A stretch of DNA of 24,000 nucleotides from Paenibacillus sp. HJGM_3 (GTDB lineage: Bacteria > Bacillota > Bacilli > Paenibacillales > NBRC-103111). The stretch covers positions 53,039-77,038 of the forward strand of contig NZ_JBJGED010000019.1 in the NCBI RefSeq assembly GCF_045062745.1, given 5' to 3'. The notes under the pieces were generated by a model that saw nothing but the letters and a program-made list of their open reading frames with translations, did not search any database and was not told where the DNA came from. How positions within the stretch are numbered: the stretch's first letter is position 1; each line of letters opens with the position of its first letter. This document shows, in pieces, positions 16,437 through 23,020 of the stretch. The position numbers and the translations under genes are program-made.

Positions 16437-16495
16437 CCTAGGGGAATGTCTGAATCGTGATTATGTTTGCTGACGAGGTGGGCTCGACGAAGTGA
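16437..16495. repeat. Copy B of the short direct repeat (see 14238-14295)
   Basis: The sequence cctaggggaatgtctgaatcgtgattatgtttgctgacga has the same orientation as copy A. It lies between the MFS stop and the PhyH terminator. Confidence 0.4.
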
Positions 16496-16520
16496 ATGTC
16501 GGAAAATCCTGTATGCGGAC

Positions 16521-16552
16521 AAAAAAGACCCGCGAGCAACAGGCTGCGGGCC
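16521..16552 (-). terminator. Rho-independent terminator of the PhyH gene
   Basis: The stem pairs cccgc (16529-16533) with gcggg (16546-16550) and has an inner 3-bp extension. On the minus strand a T6 run follows (plus-strand A run 16521-16526). Confidence 0.7.
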
Positions 16553-16558
16553 TAACTG

Positions 16559-17380
16559 TTATTGTTCCTTATAGAGAAGTGGTAGCCCATCTCCAACGAA
16601 TCGTTCGCCGTGTTTTGGCTGAAACAATCTTACATTCATATGATTATCATTTTTCGTACCGGCTCTATAACGCGATTCGCCCGACATCAGATGGATGGCC
16701 ATCGATCTGCGCGGTTGATCCGTTGTATTCGCTCCGCTGCCGTGAATAGTTAGTGCATGATGAAAGCTGACCTGCCCCGCCTTCATTTCTATTGGAACCG
16801 GTTTGAATAATTTGCCCAACGATTCCTTTAATCCTTTCTCTTGCTTATCGATATCTTGCTCATAAAAATCGTTTACTTTCATTAAACCCTGTTTATGGCT
16901 GCCTGGAACAACCTGCATGCAGCCGTTAGCTACAGATACATCATCAAAAGCAACCCAGGCTGTCACTAACGTAGGCTCAGCCACGCACTGCCAATACGAA
17001 TAATCTTGATGCCATCCAACGTTGGCCTTGATCCTCTCCTTGCTAGTTCCCGGCTTGTATAACAGCTGATCATGCCATAGCCGCGTGCTTTTCGTATTCA
17101 GCAGCTTCGCAGCAATTTGACCAATCAACGGATCAACGGCCAACTCGCGAAGGGTATAATCCGACCAATGACAATTGTCTGTTTGCCTGAGACCGGGTGT
17201 GTCTTTCCATGCTTTCCAAGGAGCTCTGCCAGTTTCGAATTCACCGTTATATACTTTGTCCATGTGGTGTTTTAGCAATGTCAGGCGTTCATCGTCGATG
17301 ATTTTTTGCGATATCCAGTAGCCGTATTCGTTAAAAAAAGCAATATCCTGTTCTGTTGGTAAAAAATTTTTATCAACCAT
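16559..17380 (-). CDS. Phytanoyl-CoA dioxygenase (PhyH) family Fe(II)/2-oxoglutarate-dependent oxygenase
   Basis: The ORF is 273 aa. It has an HxD motif in GWHQDYSYW, a distal His in FHHALTIHGSGAN, and then an Arg (PRRS). A GAGGTG SD sits 6 nt upstream of the ATG. Confidence 0.85.
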   Translation of the reverse strand: MVDKNFLPTEQDIAFFNEYGYWISQKIIDDERLTLLKHHMDKVYNGEFETGRAPWKAWKDTPGLRQTDNCHWSDYTLRELAVDPLIGQIAAKLLNTKSTRLWHDQLLYKPGTSKERIKANVGWHQDYSYWQCVAEPTLVTAWVAFDDVSVANGCMQVVPGSHKQGLMKVNDFYEQDIDKQEKGLKESLGKLFKPVPIEMKAGQVSFHHALTIHGSGANTTDQPRRSMAIHLMSGESRYRAGTKNDNHMNVRLFQPKHGERFVGDGLPLLYKEQ

Positions 17381-17461
17381 TTACAACACCTCAACCAATT
17401 TTTGATAACTTCATTGTAAATGGTTGAAAATCTAGTGTCTTTCCATATCTGACGCAACAAT

Positions 17462-18376
17462 TTAAACTTTCGAATCATCTTTATAGTTTGTTTTGCTATG
17501 AACAAACTTACGAAATTCGGCAGGCGACATTTTCGTAAAATTCTTGAAAAACATGCTGAAGTTATGAATCGTGTTGAAACCCATTCTTTCTGCAATTTCT
17601 GTAACGGAATCATTGGTTTCCCGCAAGTAATATTTGGCTCGGTCAATATAGAGGGCACGTATATAGTCGCTGATGGAAATGCCGAGAGTTGTTTTGAATA
17701 ACCTGTTTAAATGGGAGCGGCTTAGATGAACAGCAGCACATAAATCGTCTACGTTATGTCTGCTGTTTACTTCCAAATGAAGCAGTTCAAGAGTGCGCTT
17801 GATAGCCGGATGAAGAATGGTTGATGACGATTTGCCCTGCTCAACTGCACTTGAATAATTTCTTATCACTGTAATTAGAAGCTGAATCAACAGACTTTGA
17901 GCCATACGCATACTTTGCTTTTGAACGCTTCGAATTTCTTCAATGATCTTATCGAACATCAGTTTCAGGGTTCCCGTTCTATCCTCCACTACCCGATTAT
18001 TCCCGATGTCAATATATTCAAGCTCCAGATTCTTCATTTGATCCAGTTTAAAGCCTAAGTAGTACATCTTAAAGGAATTGATTCCGGAAGCGGCGCCGTA
18101 ATGGACTTCCCCAATTTTGGAAAGAAAAAGATCTCCTTCCTTTACGTTATAAAAGTGACTGTTGTTATAAAACCAACCCTGTCCCTTCACAATGTAGCAC
18201 AATTCAAAATGAGGATGAAAATGAGGAGGGGTATACCACTTTTTTTGCTCCGCAACCCCAACATATAGCAGGCTGTCAAAAAGCATCCCGAACGGCACTT
18301 CATAACAAAATTCGTCCGGTATTTCCATAAGCCGTGTCGAAGTGGGTGTTGCGTATTCGGGTGCCTGATTAATCAA
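17462..18376 (-). CDS. AraC family transcriptional regulator with an N-terminal cupin domain
   Basis: The cupin segment reads HFHPHFELCYIVKGQGWF...GDLFLSKIGEVHYG. The C-terminal double HTH reads ...LCAAVHLSRSHLNRLFK... and ...VTEIAERMGFNTIHNFSMFFK. The ORF track extends to 18583, but that extension covers a tRNA-derived fragment. TTG at 18376 has a GGAGGGG SD 6 nt upstream. ATG at 18415 is an alternative start. Confidence 0.8.
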   Translation of the reverse strand: MINQAPEYATPTSTRLMEIPDEFCYEVPFGMLFDSLLYVGVAEQKKWYTPPHFHPHFELCYIVKGQGWFYNNSHFYNVKEGDLFLSKIGEVHYGAASGINSFKMYYLGFKLDQMKNLELEYIDIGNNRVVEDRTGTLKLMFDKIIEEIRSVQKQSMRMAQSLLIQLLITVIRNYSSAVEQGKSSSTILHPAIKRTLELLHLEVNSRHNVDDLCAAVHLSRSHLNRLFKTTLGISISDYIRALYIDRAKYYLRETNDSVTEIAERMGFNTIHNFSMFFKNFTKMSPAEFRKFVHSKTNYKDDSKV

Positions 18377-18554
18377 ATTTACCCCTCCCTGAAAGTTTTC
18401 ACGATCTAAAATCATATACTGCAGACAGACTCGGAAAGTTCCGATGACGTAAGACGGGAGACTCCAGATGCTAATGCATGCTTCAGGACACGCATGCAAC
18501 CGTACTAAATTGGTCGAGAGAGCGGAGCCTAGTGTGCGCGGAACGACCCCCTTG

Positions 18555-18582
18555 CAGGGGTTCACTCCAACCCTAGGCTCCA
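18555..18582 (+). pseudogene. Inverted fragment of a tRNA 3' end (T arm plus acceptor)
   Basis: The plus-strand sequence caggggttcactccaaccctaggctcca compares with the tRNA-sense tcaggggttcgagccccctaggctcca of element 2. Its 12-nt end, ccctaggctcca, is a perfect inverted repeat of tggagcctaggg at 18615-18626. Confidence 0.45.
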
Positions 18583-18585
18583 TAA

Positions 18586-18610
18586 CGAAAAAGCACCCCG
18601 AAGGGCGCTA
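18586..18610 (-). terminator. Terminator hairpin downstream of tRNA-like element 2
   Basis: Read on the minus strand: agcgccc-ttcg-gggtgct followed by ttttt. Confidence 0.6.
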
Positions 18611-18614
18611 TATT

Positions 18615-18692
18615 TGGAGCCTAGGGGGCTCGAACCCCTGACCTCATCGCTTCCAGCGATGCGTGATTCCCAGCTGAGCCTAAAACACTACC
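18615..18692 (-). pseudogene. Decayed tRNA-Ala-like element 2 (anticodon position reads GGA)
   Basis: The minus-strand sequence is GGTAGTGTTTTAGGCTCAGCTGGGAATCACGCATCGCTGGAAGCGATGAGGTCAGGGGTTCGAGCCCCCTAGGCTCCA. The T arm is identical to that of the intact tRNA-Ala, and the anticodon stem is identical to that of element 1. The acceptor and D stems cannot pair. Confidence 0.6.
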
Positions 18693-18738
18693 ATAATGGA
18701 TTGCTTGAGATGAAGATTATCGTTGACACAAAAATTGC

Positions 18739-18776
18739 AAAAAAGGAAAAACCTACTCACAATTTAAGAGTAGGTT
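18739..18776 (-). terminator. Rho-independent terminator of tRNA-Ala
   Basis: The stem pairs aacctactc (18750-18758) with gagtaggtt (18768-18776). On the minus strand it is followed by tttttcctttttt. Confidence 0.7.
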
Positions 18777-18783
18777 TATTTTA

Positions 18784-18857
18784 TGGAGCTTAGGGGGCTC
18801 GAACCCCTGACCTCTTCGCTGCCAGCGAAGCGCTCTCCCAGACTGAGCTAAAGCCCC
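18784..18857 (-). tRNA. tRNA-Ala (anticodon GGC); CCA is not encoded
   Basis: The minus-strand sequence GGGGCTTTAGCTCAGTCTGGGAGAGCGCTTCGCTGGCAGCGAAGAGGTCAGGGGTTCGAGCCCCCTAAGCTCCA folds as a full cloverleaf. It has a 7-bp acceptor stem with the G3:U70 Ala identity pair, a GCTC/GAGC D stem, a CTTCG/CGAAG anticodon stem with loop CT-GGC-AG, and an AGGGG/CCCCT T stem with a TTCGAGC loop. Confidence 0.9.
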
Positions 18858-18871
18858 GGACAACAAAATTT

Positions 18872-18900
18872 ATTATACAAGCTCCCCGAATAAATTGCAA
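18872..18900 (-). promoter_or_regulatory. SigmaA-type promoter of tRNA-Ala
   Basis: Read on the minus strand: TTGCAA (18900-18895), a 17-nt spacer, then TATAAT (18877-18872). The -10 hexamer lies 14 nt upstream of tRNA position 1. Confidence 0.65.
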
Positions 18901-19367
18901 AGAGAACATACATTCCCTAATTGCGTATGTATTAGACACCAAGAGTGCTTCGGTTTACACAAGCTGCTTATCATTTGGCAAAGAACGCGAAAGAGTTCAA
19001 CAACTACAACGACATTATGCACCAGCTTAATGACTCCTTCACGCGCCTCAAACTTGGATAACAACACTCAAGCCATTGCTGAGATGTCCGAAGCCCTTGG
19101 TCGGATTCGTCGTCGTGACTATGTTGGCGTCTTCCTTTCTCGTAATGACCTTCGGAGACTTCAACTGGAAGCGGCATTGTACGAGAAGCAGTGCTCATAC
19201 TGTCATTGATTCCTCTACTGTACGGTATGGCGCTTGTGGGAGAAAAGCCAAGTGCTGTATCTCCTACTCCAACTACACTGCCGCGAATCTTCACTTATTA
19301 TCTATGTGTTCATAAGTTTGCGGTTAAGATGGCAGTTGTTTGTCACCATATCAAAACAAATCATCGA

Positions 19368-19400
19368 AAAAGCTACCAGCATATAAGTTGGTAGCTTTAT
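19368..19400 (+). terminator. Candidate terminator hairpin upstream of the recombinase promoter
   Basis: The stem pairs agctacca (19371-19378) with tggtagct (19389-19396) around a 10-nt loop, followed by ttatttacattt. Confidence 0.45.
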
Positions 19401-19429
19401 TTACATTTATTACAAGTCTAAATTATAAT
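19400..19429 (+). promoter_or_regulatory. SigmaA-type promoter of the serine recombinase gene
   Basis: TTTACA lies at 19400-19405, followed by an 18-nt spacer and TATAAT at 19424-19429. An AAGGAG SD sits 7 nt before the ATG at 19472. Confidence 0.55.
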
Positions 19430-19471
19430 TGTTTCATGGTAGTTAAAACAGCTTAAATGAAGGAGTAATGT

Positions 19472-21130
19472 ATGGTGGCGAATTTGTCTGCACCAAAAAG
19501 AGTGGCTTGCCTGTATAGGGTGTCAACTAAAGGTCAGTTGAGTTTAAATGACGACATCCCAGATCAAAGAAGGGCTTGCCAGAACTTCATCAACTCCAAA
19601 TCTGATTGGGTACTTGTCAAGGAGTATGTTGAGAAGGGTGTTTCTGCATTCAAGGTGTCTGCCAGCAAGAGGGATGAAATACAGAGGGCCAAGGATGATG
19701 CCGAGAAAGGTCTATTTGATGTGTTGCTTGTTTTTATGTTTGACAGGCTGGGCAGAAGGGACGATGAGACACCATTCGTAATGAAATGGTTTGCAAAGCA
19801 AGGTGTTGAACTCTGGTCTGTAAATGAAGGACAGCAGAAATTCGAGAGCCACGGAGATGATCTAATGAACTATATTAGGTTCTGGCAATCTAGTGGTGAG
19901 AGTAAGAAGACATCAATGAGGGTTAAAGAGAACCATACACAGATGGTCGAGGATGGAAAGTTTAGAGGTGGTAAGCCGCCATACGGTTATAAGCTTGTGA
20001 AGACAAGTGAGGTGAACAAGAAAGGTAAGGAGCTAATGGGGCTGGCTGTGAACGAAGAGCAAGCGGCAATCGTTAGAGAGATGTACATGCTTGTTTACGA
20101 GCAGGGGTTCGGTAGCAACAGAATAGCGAAGTATTTTAACATCGAAAGAAAGCCTACAGTAATGTCAAGCACAGGCGGCGAGTGGACGACAGGTGTCATT
20201 AATTTTATCCTGCGGAATCCTATCTACAAAGGCTATAGCACATACGGGAAAAGAACTAGTGACTTTGGTGTCTTTAATATGCAACCTAAAGACAAATGGG
20301 TGTTGTCACAACAGGCCAACGATGAGTTGATTATTGTTGACGAGAGTGTGTGGAATGCAGTCCAGACAATTAGAAGTTCTAGGACTCCTGACAAATCAAA
20401 GAATGATTCATATGAGAGGGTGACTATAACGAAAAGCCCACTGTTATTTACCGGAATTGCAAGATGTGGGCATTGCGGATCGCCTCTAACAACAACCTAT
20501 AACAGCAAGAAGTATGCACTAGCAGACGGAACAATTCAGAAATGGAAGTCAGCCAAGTATCGTTGTAGCGGCAAGGCATTAGGGAAGTCTTGTGACGGTC
20601 AAACGATTCATTCTCACAACAAGATAGAAGGGGTAGTTCTTGAGGAAGTGGATAAATATTTAGATAAGCTTAAGCAAGTTGACTACAACAAGGAGATCGA
20701 ACACTTCCGTAAGAAGAATCTTGGCGAAGACACTAAATTACTGAAATCCTTGCAGAAGGACATAGAGGAACATTACAAAGAGCTTGCTCACCTACATGCA
20801 GAGGTTCCCAAGGCGATAGCTAGTAAAAGCTCTTTTAAGCCAGAACTGCTTTCATCTTTGATCGAACACAAATACACGGAGATCAAGGAGGTAGCTGAAA
20901 AGATTAAACAAGTAGAATCCACACTTGGGACCAAGAAGGTTGAGATCGGGGAGATGGAGGCATTACAGAAACATATCCCCATCTGGAAGGAAGAGTTTGA
21001 GGCCGCACCACATGAAAAGAAAAAAATGATGCTAAACTCAATCATTGAGCGCATCACAGTTTATAGAGATTCAATTGTGGTTGATGTCAAATTGCATGTT
21101 TCTCAGTTTATTTCTTCGCTAATGGGGTAG
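19472..21130 (+). CDS. Large serine recombinase (resolvase catalytic domain, recombinase domain, zinc ribbon and coiled coil)
   Basis: The ORF is 552 aa. Its N-terminus, VACLYRVSTKGQ, carries the catalytic Ser18. FMFDRLGRR is also present. The recombinase domain has GGKPPYGY. The zinc-ribbon cysteines are CGHCGSPL...CSGK...C. The C-terminal tail is Lys/Glu-rich and coiled-coil-like. Confidence 0.92.
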   Translation: MVANLSAPKRVACLYRVSTKGQLSLNDDIPDQRRACQNFINSKSDWVLVKEYVEKGVSAFKVSASKRDEIQRAKDDAEKGLFDVLLVFMFDRLGRRDDETPFVMKWFAKQGVELWSVNEGQQKFESHGDDLMNYIRFWQSSGESKKTSMRVKENHTQMVEDGKFRGGKPPYGYKLVKTSEVNKKGKELMGLAVNEEQAAIVREMYMLVYEQGFGSNRIAKYFNIERKPTVMSSTGGEWTTGVINFILRNPIYKGYSTYGKRTSDFGVFNMQPKDKWVLSQQANDELIIVDESVWNAVQTIRSSRTPDKSKNDSYERVTITKSPLLFTGIARCGHCGSPLTTTYNSKKYALADGTIQKWKSAKYRCSGKALGKSCDGQTIHSHNKIEGVVLEEVDKYLDKLKQVDYNKEIEHFRKKNLGEDTKLLKSLQKDIEEHYKELAHLHAEVPKAIASKSSFKPELLSSLIEHKYTEIKEVAEKIKQVESTLGTKKVEIGEMEALQKHIPIWKEEFEAAPHEKKKMMLNSIIERITVYRDSIVVDVKLHVSQFISSLMG

Positions 21131-21215
21131 TGAATAAATCTCACTCGTTCTAACGCATCGAGGCCGCCCCCGCAAAGAGAGCTTGGCTTCCCATTGCGGA
21201 GGCGTATTCAGGCTG

Positions 21216-21797
21216 TTAAGCAAGCTTCGACCCTAACCGTCTTACCTTCTCCAGCCAACGTGCTCTATGCTCCGGCGACGATGGTCTTACCGGGCCAATC
21301 TCGGTGACGCGAACGGGGGTGATGCCGCAAAATTGCAAAATGTTACGCTTCATGACGCTATGCCCGGCGCGTTTGTAGATCCAGCGGTTGTACCAAGCCG
21401 GCGTATCCATCGTGACGATAAGGTGTGCGCTTTTCCCGGATAACAGCTTATCCCAGAGCGGAGAGTTCTCGCGGTACTTGTAGGCGAAGCCGGGCAGGAA
21501 GACGCGGTCGATAAAGCCTTTCAGAATCGCCGGCATTGCGCCCCACCAGGTCGGATAGACGAAAACGAGGTGATCGGCCCACCGAATGAGCTCTTGCGCC
21601 TCTACTAGCACCGGCTCGAGCTCGGTTCGTTGCCGATACCCATGCTTCAAGTTCGGATTGAACTCGATTCGGCTGAGATCGAGCTCCCGAATGTGGGCTT
21701 GACTCCCCGATGCACCTTCCCGATAAGCACCGGACAGAGCCGAGCAAAAGCTTTCGGAATCAGGGTGTCCCTGGATGATGAGAATGTTCGATTTCAT
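21216..21797 (-). CDS. NAD(P)H-dependent oxidoreductase, flavodoxin-like fold (NAD(P)H quinone reductase / Flavodoxin_2 family)
   Basis: The ORF is 193 aa. It has the motifs ILIIQGHP...SF and ADHLVFVYPTWWGAMPAILKGFIDRV, which are typical of this family. Confidence 0.85.
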   Translation of the reverse strand: MKSNILIIQGHPDSESFCSALSGAYREGASGSQAHIRELDLSRIEFNPNLKHGYRQRTELEPVLVEAQELIRWADHLVFVYPTWWGAMPAILKGFIDRVFLPGFAYKYRENSPLWDKLLSGKSAHLIVTMDTPAWYNRWIYKRAGHSVMKRNILQFCGITPVRVTEIGPVRPSSPEHRARWLEKVRRLGSKLA

Positions 21798-21934
21798 GGC
21801 TATGTTCCTCCTATGTGAATGGTCATGGTACTATAAAGTGGAGTGACTAGTATCAAGCATACAAGGATGAGAAACATAAAGGTATGATCGACCGCGCACG
21901 GAAATTGCTCATTCACGCAAGGGAGGAGTCCATC

Positions 21935-22966
21935 GTGACCTATAACGGAATTGCCATTTCTATGGTCTATCCGATCTTGAAAGCCATTGTACACAAAGGA
22001 TATGAAGCGGAGGATTTTGGCCGGTATGCTTCGCTTGACGCAAGCCTGCTGCAAGATGTCGAAGCTCGGATCTCCGCAGAGGAGCTGGAACGGCTCATGC
22101 TCGCAGCCGCGGCGTTCACCCGAGACGAGCATTTCGGCTTGCGGCAAGGGCAACTGATGGAGTTCGCCGACATGGGGGTACTCGGTTACGTGATGATGCA
22201 TTCCAATACGATCGCAGACGCGCTGGAGGCGTATCGGAGATATAACGTCATTCTGTGCAGCGGGTTCAATCTAGAGTGCGCCAGCGGGGAGGAAGACGTC
22301 ACCATAAGATTGTCCATACAGCAACCTGCACAGATGTCGCGGCATTGTGTGGAGGATATGGCCGTCTCTGTCTATCGCTTGATCGGGAAGCTGAGCAATC
22401 GGCCGATCCCGCTGAAGGGGGTGAACTTTACGCATGAAGCGACAGCCGATACGGAGCCGTACGTGACGGCATTCGGCCTCCTGCCCAAGTTCGGCGAAGC
22501 GGAGAACGCGCTGATCCTGAGCAAGGACGTTTTGAACTATCCGGTGCTTTACTCGGATCCCAGGCTGTTGGAGGTATTTGAACGCATAGCCCGAGAGACG
22601 CATGAGACCTTGACCGGAAATAACACCTTCACGAATCGAATCGTCGCATGGATGGAGAAGTGTATGCCTTCCTGCTTCCCGACCTTGCAGCAAACGGCGG
22701 AAGCATTCGGGACGAGCACGAGAACGATTCAGAACAAGCTGAAGGAAGAGAACACGACGTATGTCGACTTATCGACCCGCGTGCGCAAGGAAATCGCCAT
22801 GCGATATTTGAAGCAAAAGGACTACTCCGTGGGCGATATCGCTTATGTGCTGCACTTCTCGGAACCGAGCGCCTTCCAGAGCGCCTTCAAAAAATGGACC
22901 GGTCTCACTCCGGGCCAGTACCGGGCGAACTCGGGGAAAGAGCGGAGGGAGGCCGCAACGCGGTGA
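21935..22966 (+). CDS. AraC family transcriptional regulator with an N-terminal AraC-type ligand/effector-binding domain
   Basis: The C-terminal HTH pair reads LQQTAEAFGTSTRTIQNKLKEENTTY and ...VGDIAYVLHFSEPSAFQSAFKKWTG. The ORF track starts at 21884, but GTG at 21935 has a GGGAGGAG SD 6 nt upstream. The gene is divergent from the quinone-reductase-like gene. Confidence 0.85.
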   Translation: MTYNGIAISMVYPILKAIVHKGYEAEDFGRYASLDASLLQDVEARISAEELERLMLAAAAFTRDEHFGLRQGQLMEFADMGVLGYVMMHSNTIADALEAYRRYNVILCSGFNLECASGEEDVTIRLSIQQPAQMSRHCVEDMAVSVYRLIGKLSNRPIPLKGVNFTHEATADTEPYVTAFGLLPKFGEAENALILSKDVLNYPVLYSDPRLLEVFERIARETHETLTGNNTFTNRIVAWMEKCMPSCFPTLQQTAEAFGTSTRTIQNKLKEENTTYVDLSTRVRKEIAMRYLKQKDYSVGDIAYVLHFSEPSAFQSAFKKWTGLTPGQYRANSGKERREAATR

Positions 22967-22971
22967 TGCAA

Positions 22972-23004
22972 CAAAAAAGAGCCCTGCCACCCGGCAGGGC
23001 TCTT
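22972..23004. terminator. Terminator hairpin between the convergent AraC and ilvD genes
   Basis: An 11-bp stem pairs agagccctgcc (22978-22988) with ggcagggctct (22993-23003) around the loop accc. On the minus strand a T7 run follows, giving strong termination for ilvD. It is weaker on the plus strand. Confidence 0.75.
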
Positions 23005-23020
23005 CCTAAAATCGCAAACC

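Larger units (their letters stand above)
14238..21160. mobile_element. Putative composite genomic island or integrative-element remnant; the left boundary is uncertain
   Basis: The segment contains an intact large serine recombinase, four tRNA-Ala-derived sequences, two self-contained regulator/cargo pairs and gene debris. A sharp G+C step occurs just after the recombinase stop: by hand count, 24/70 G+C at 21061-21130 versus 41/70 at 21161-21230. Confidence 0.35.

Noticed and set aside
14458-18415. Treating TetR, MFS, PhyH and AraC as one biosynthetic or defence cluster
   Set aside because: No core biosynthetic enzyme, nuclease, helicase, ATPase, methyltransferase or toxin-antitoxin pair is present. 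The genes form two separate regulator/cargo pairs with their own terminators and different composition.
18377-18583. N-terminal 69-aa extension of the AraC ORF (MEPRVGVNPCKGV...)
   Set aside because: The extension is translated across the inverted tRNA 3' fragment and low-complexity sequence, and it lacks an SD. An internal TTG at 18376 has a GGAGGGG SD and gives a normal ~300-aa cupin-AraC protein.
18895-19394. ORF-track entries 18895-19209 (+), 19004-19294 (-), 19076-19315 (+) and 19191-19394 (+) taken as intact genes
   Set aside because: None has a convincing SD or start. They overlap one another, and only parts of two plus-strand frames look protein-like. They are reported instead as possible frameshifted debris.
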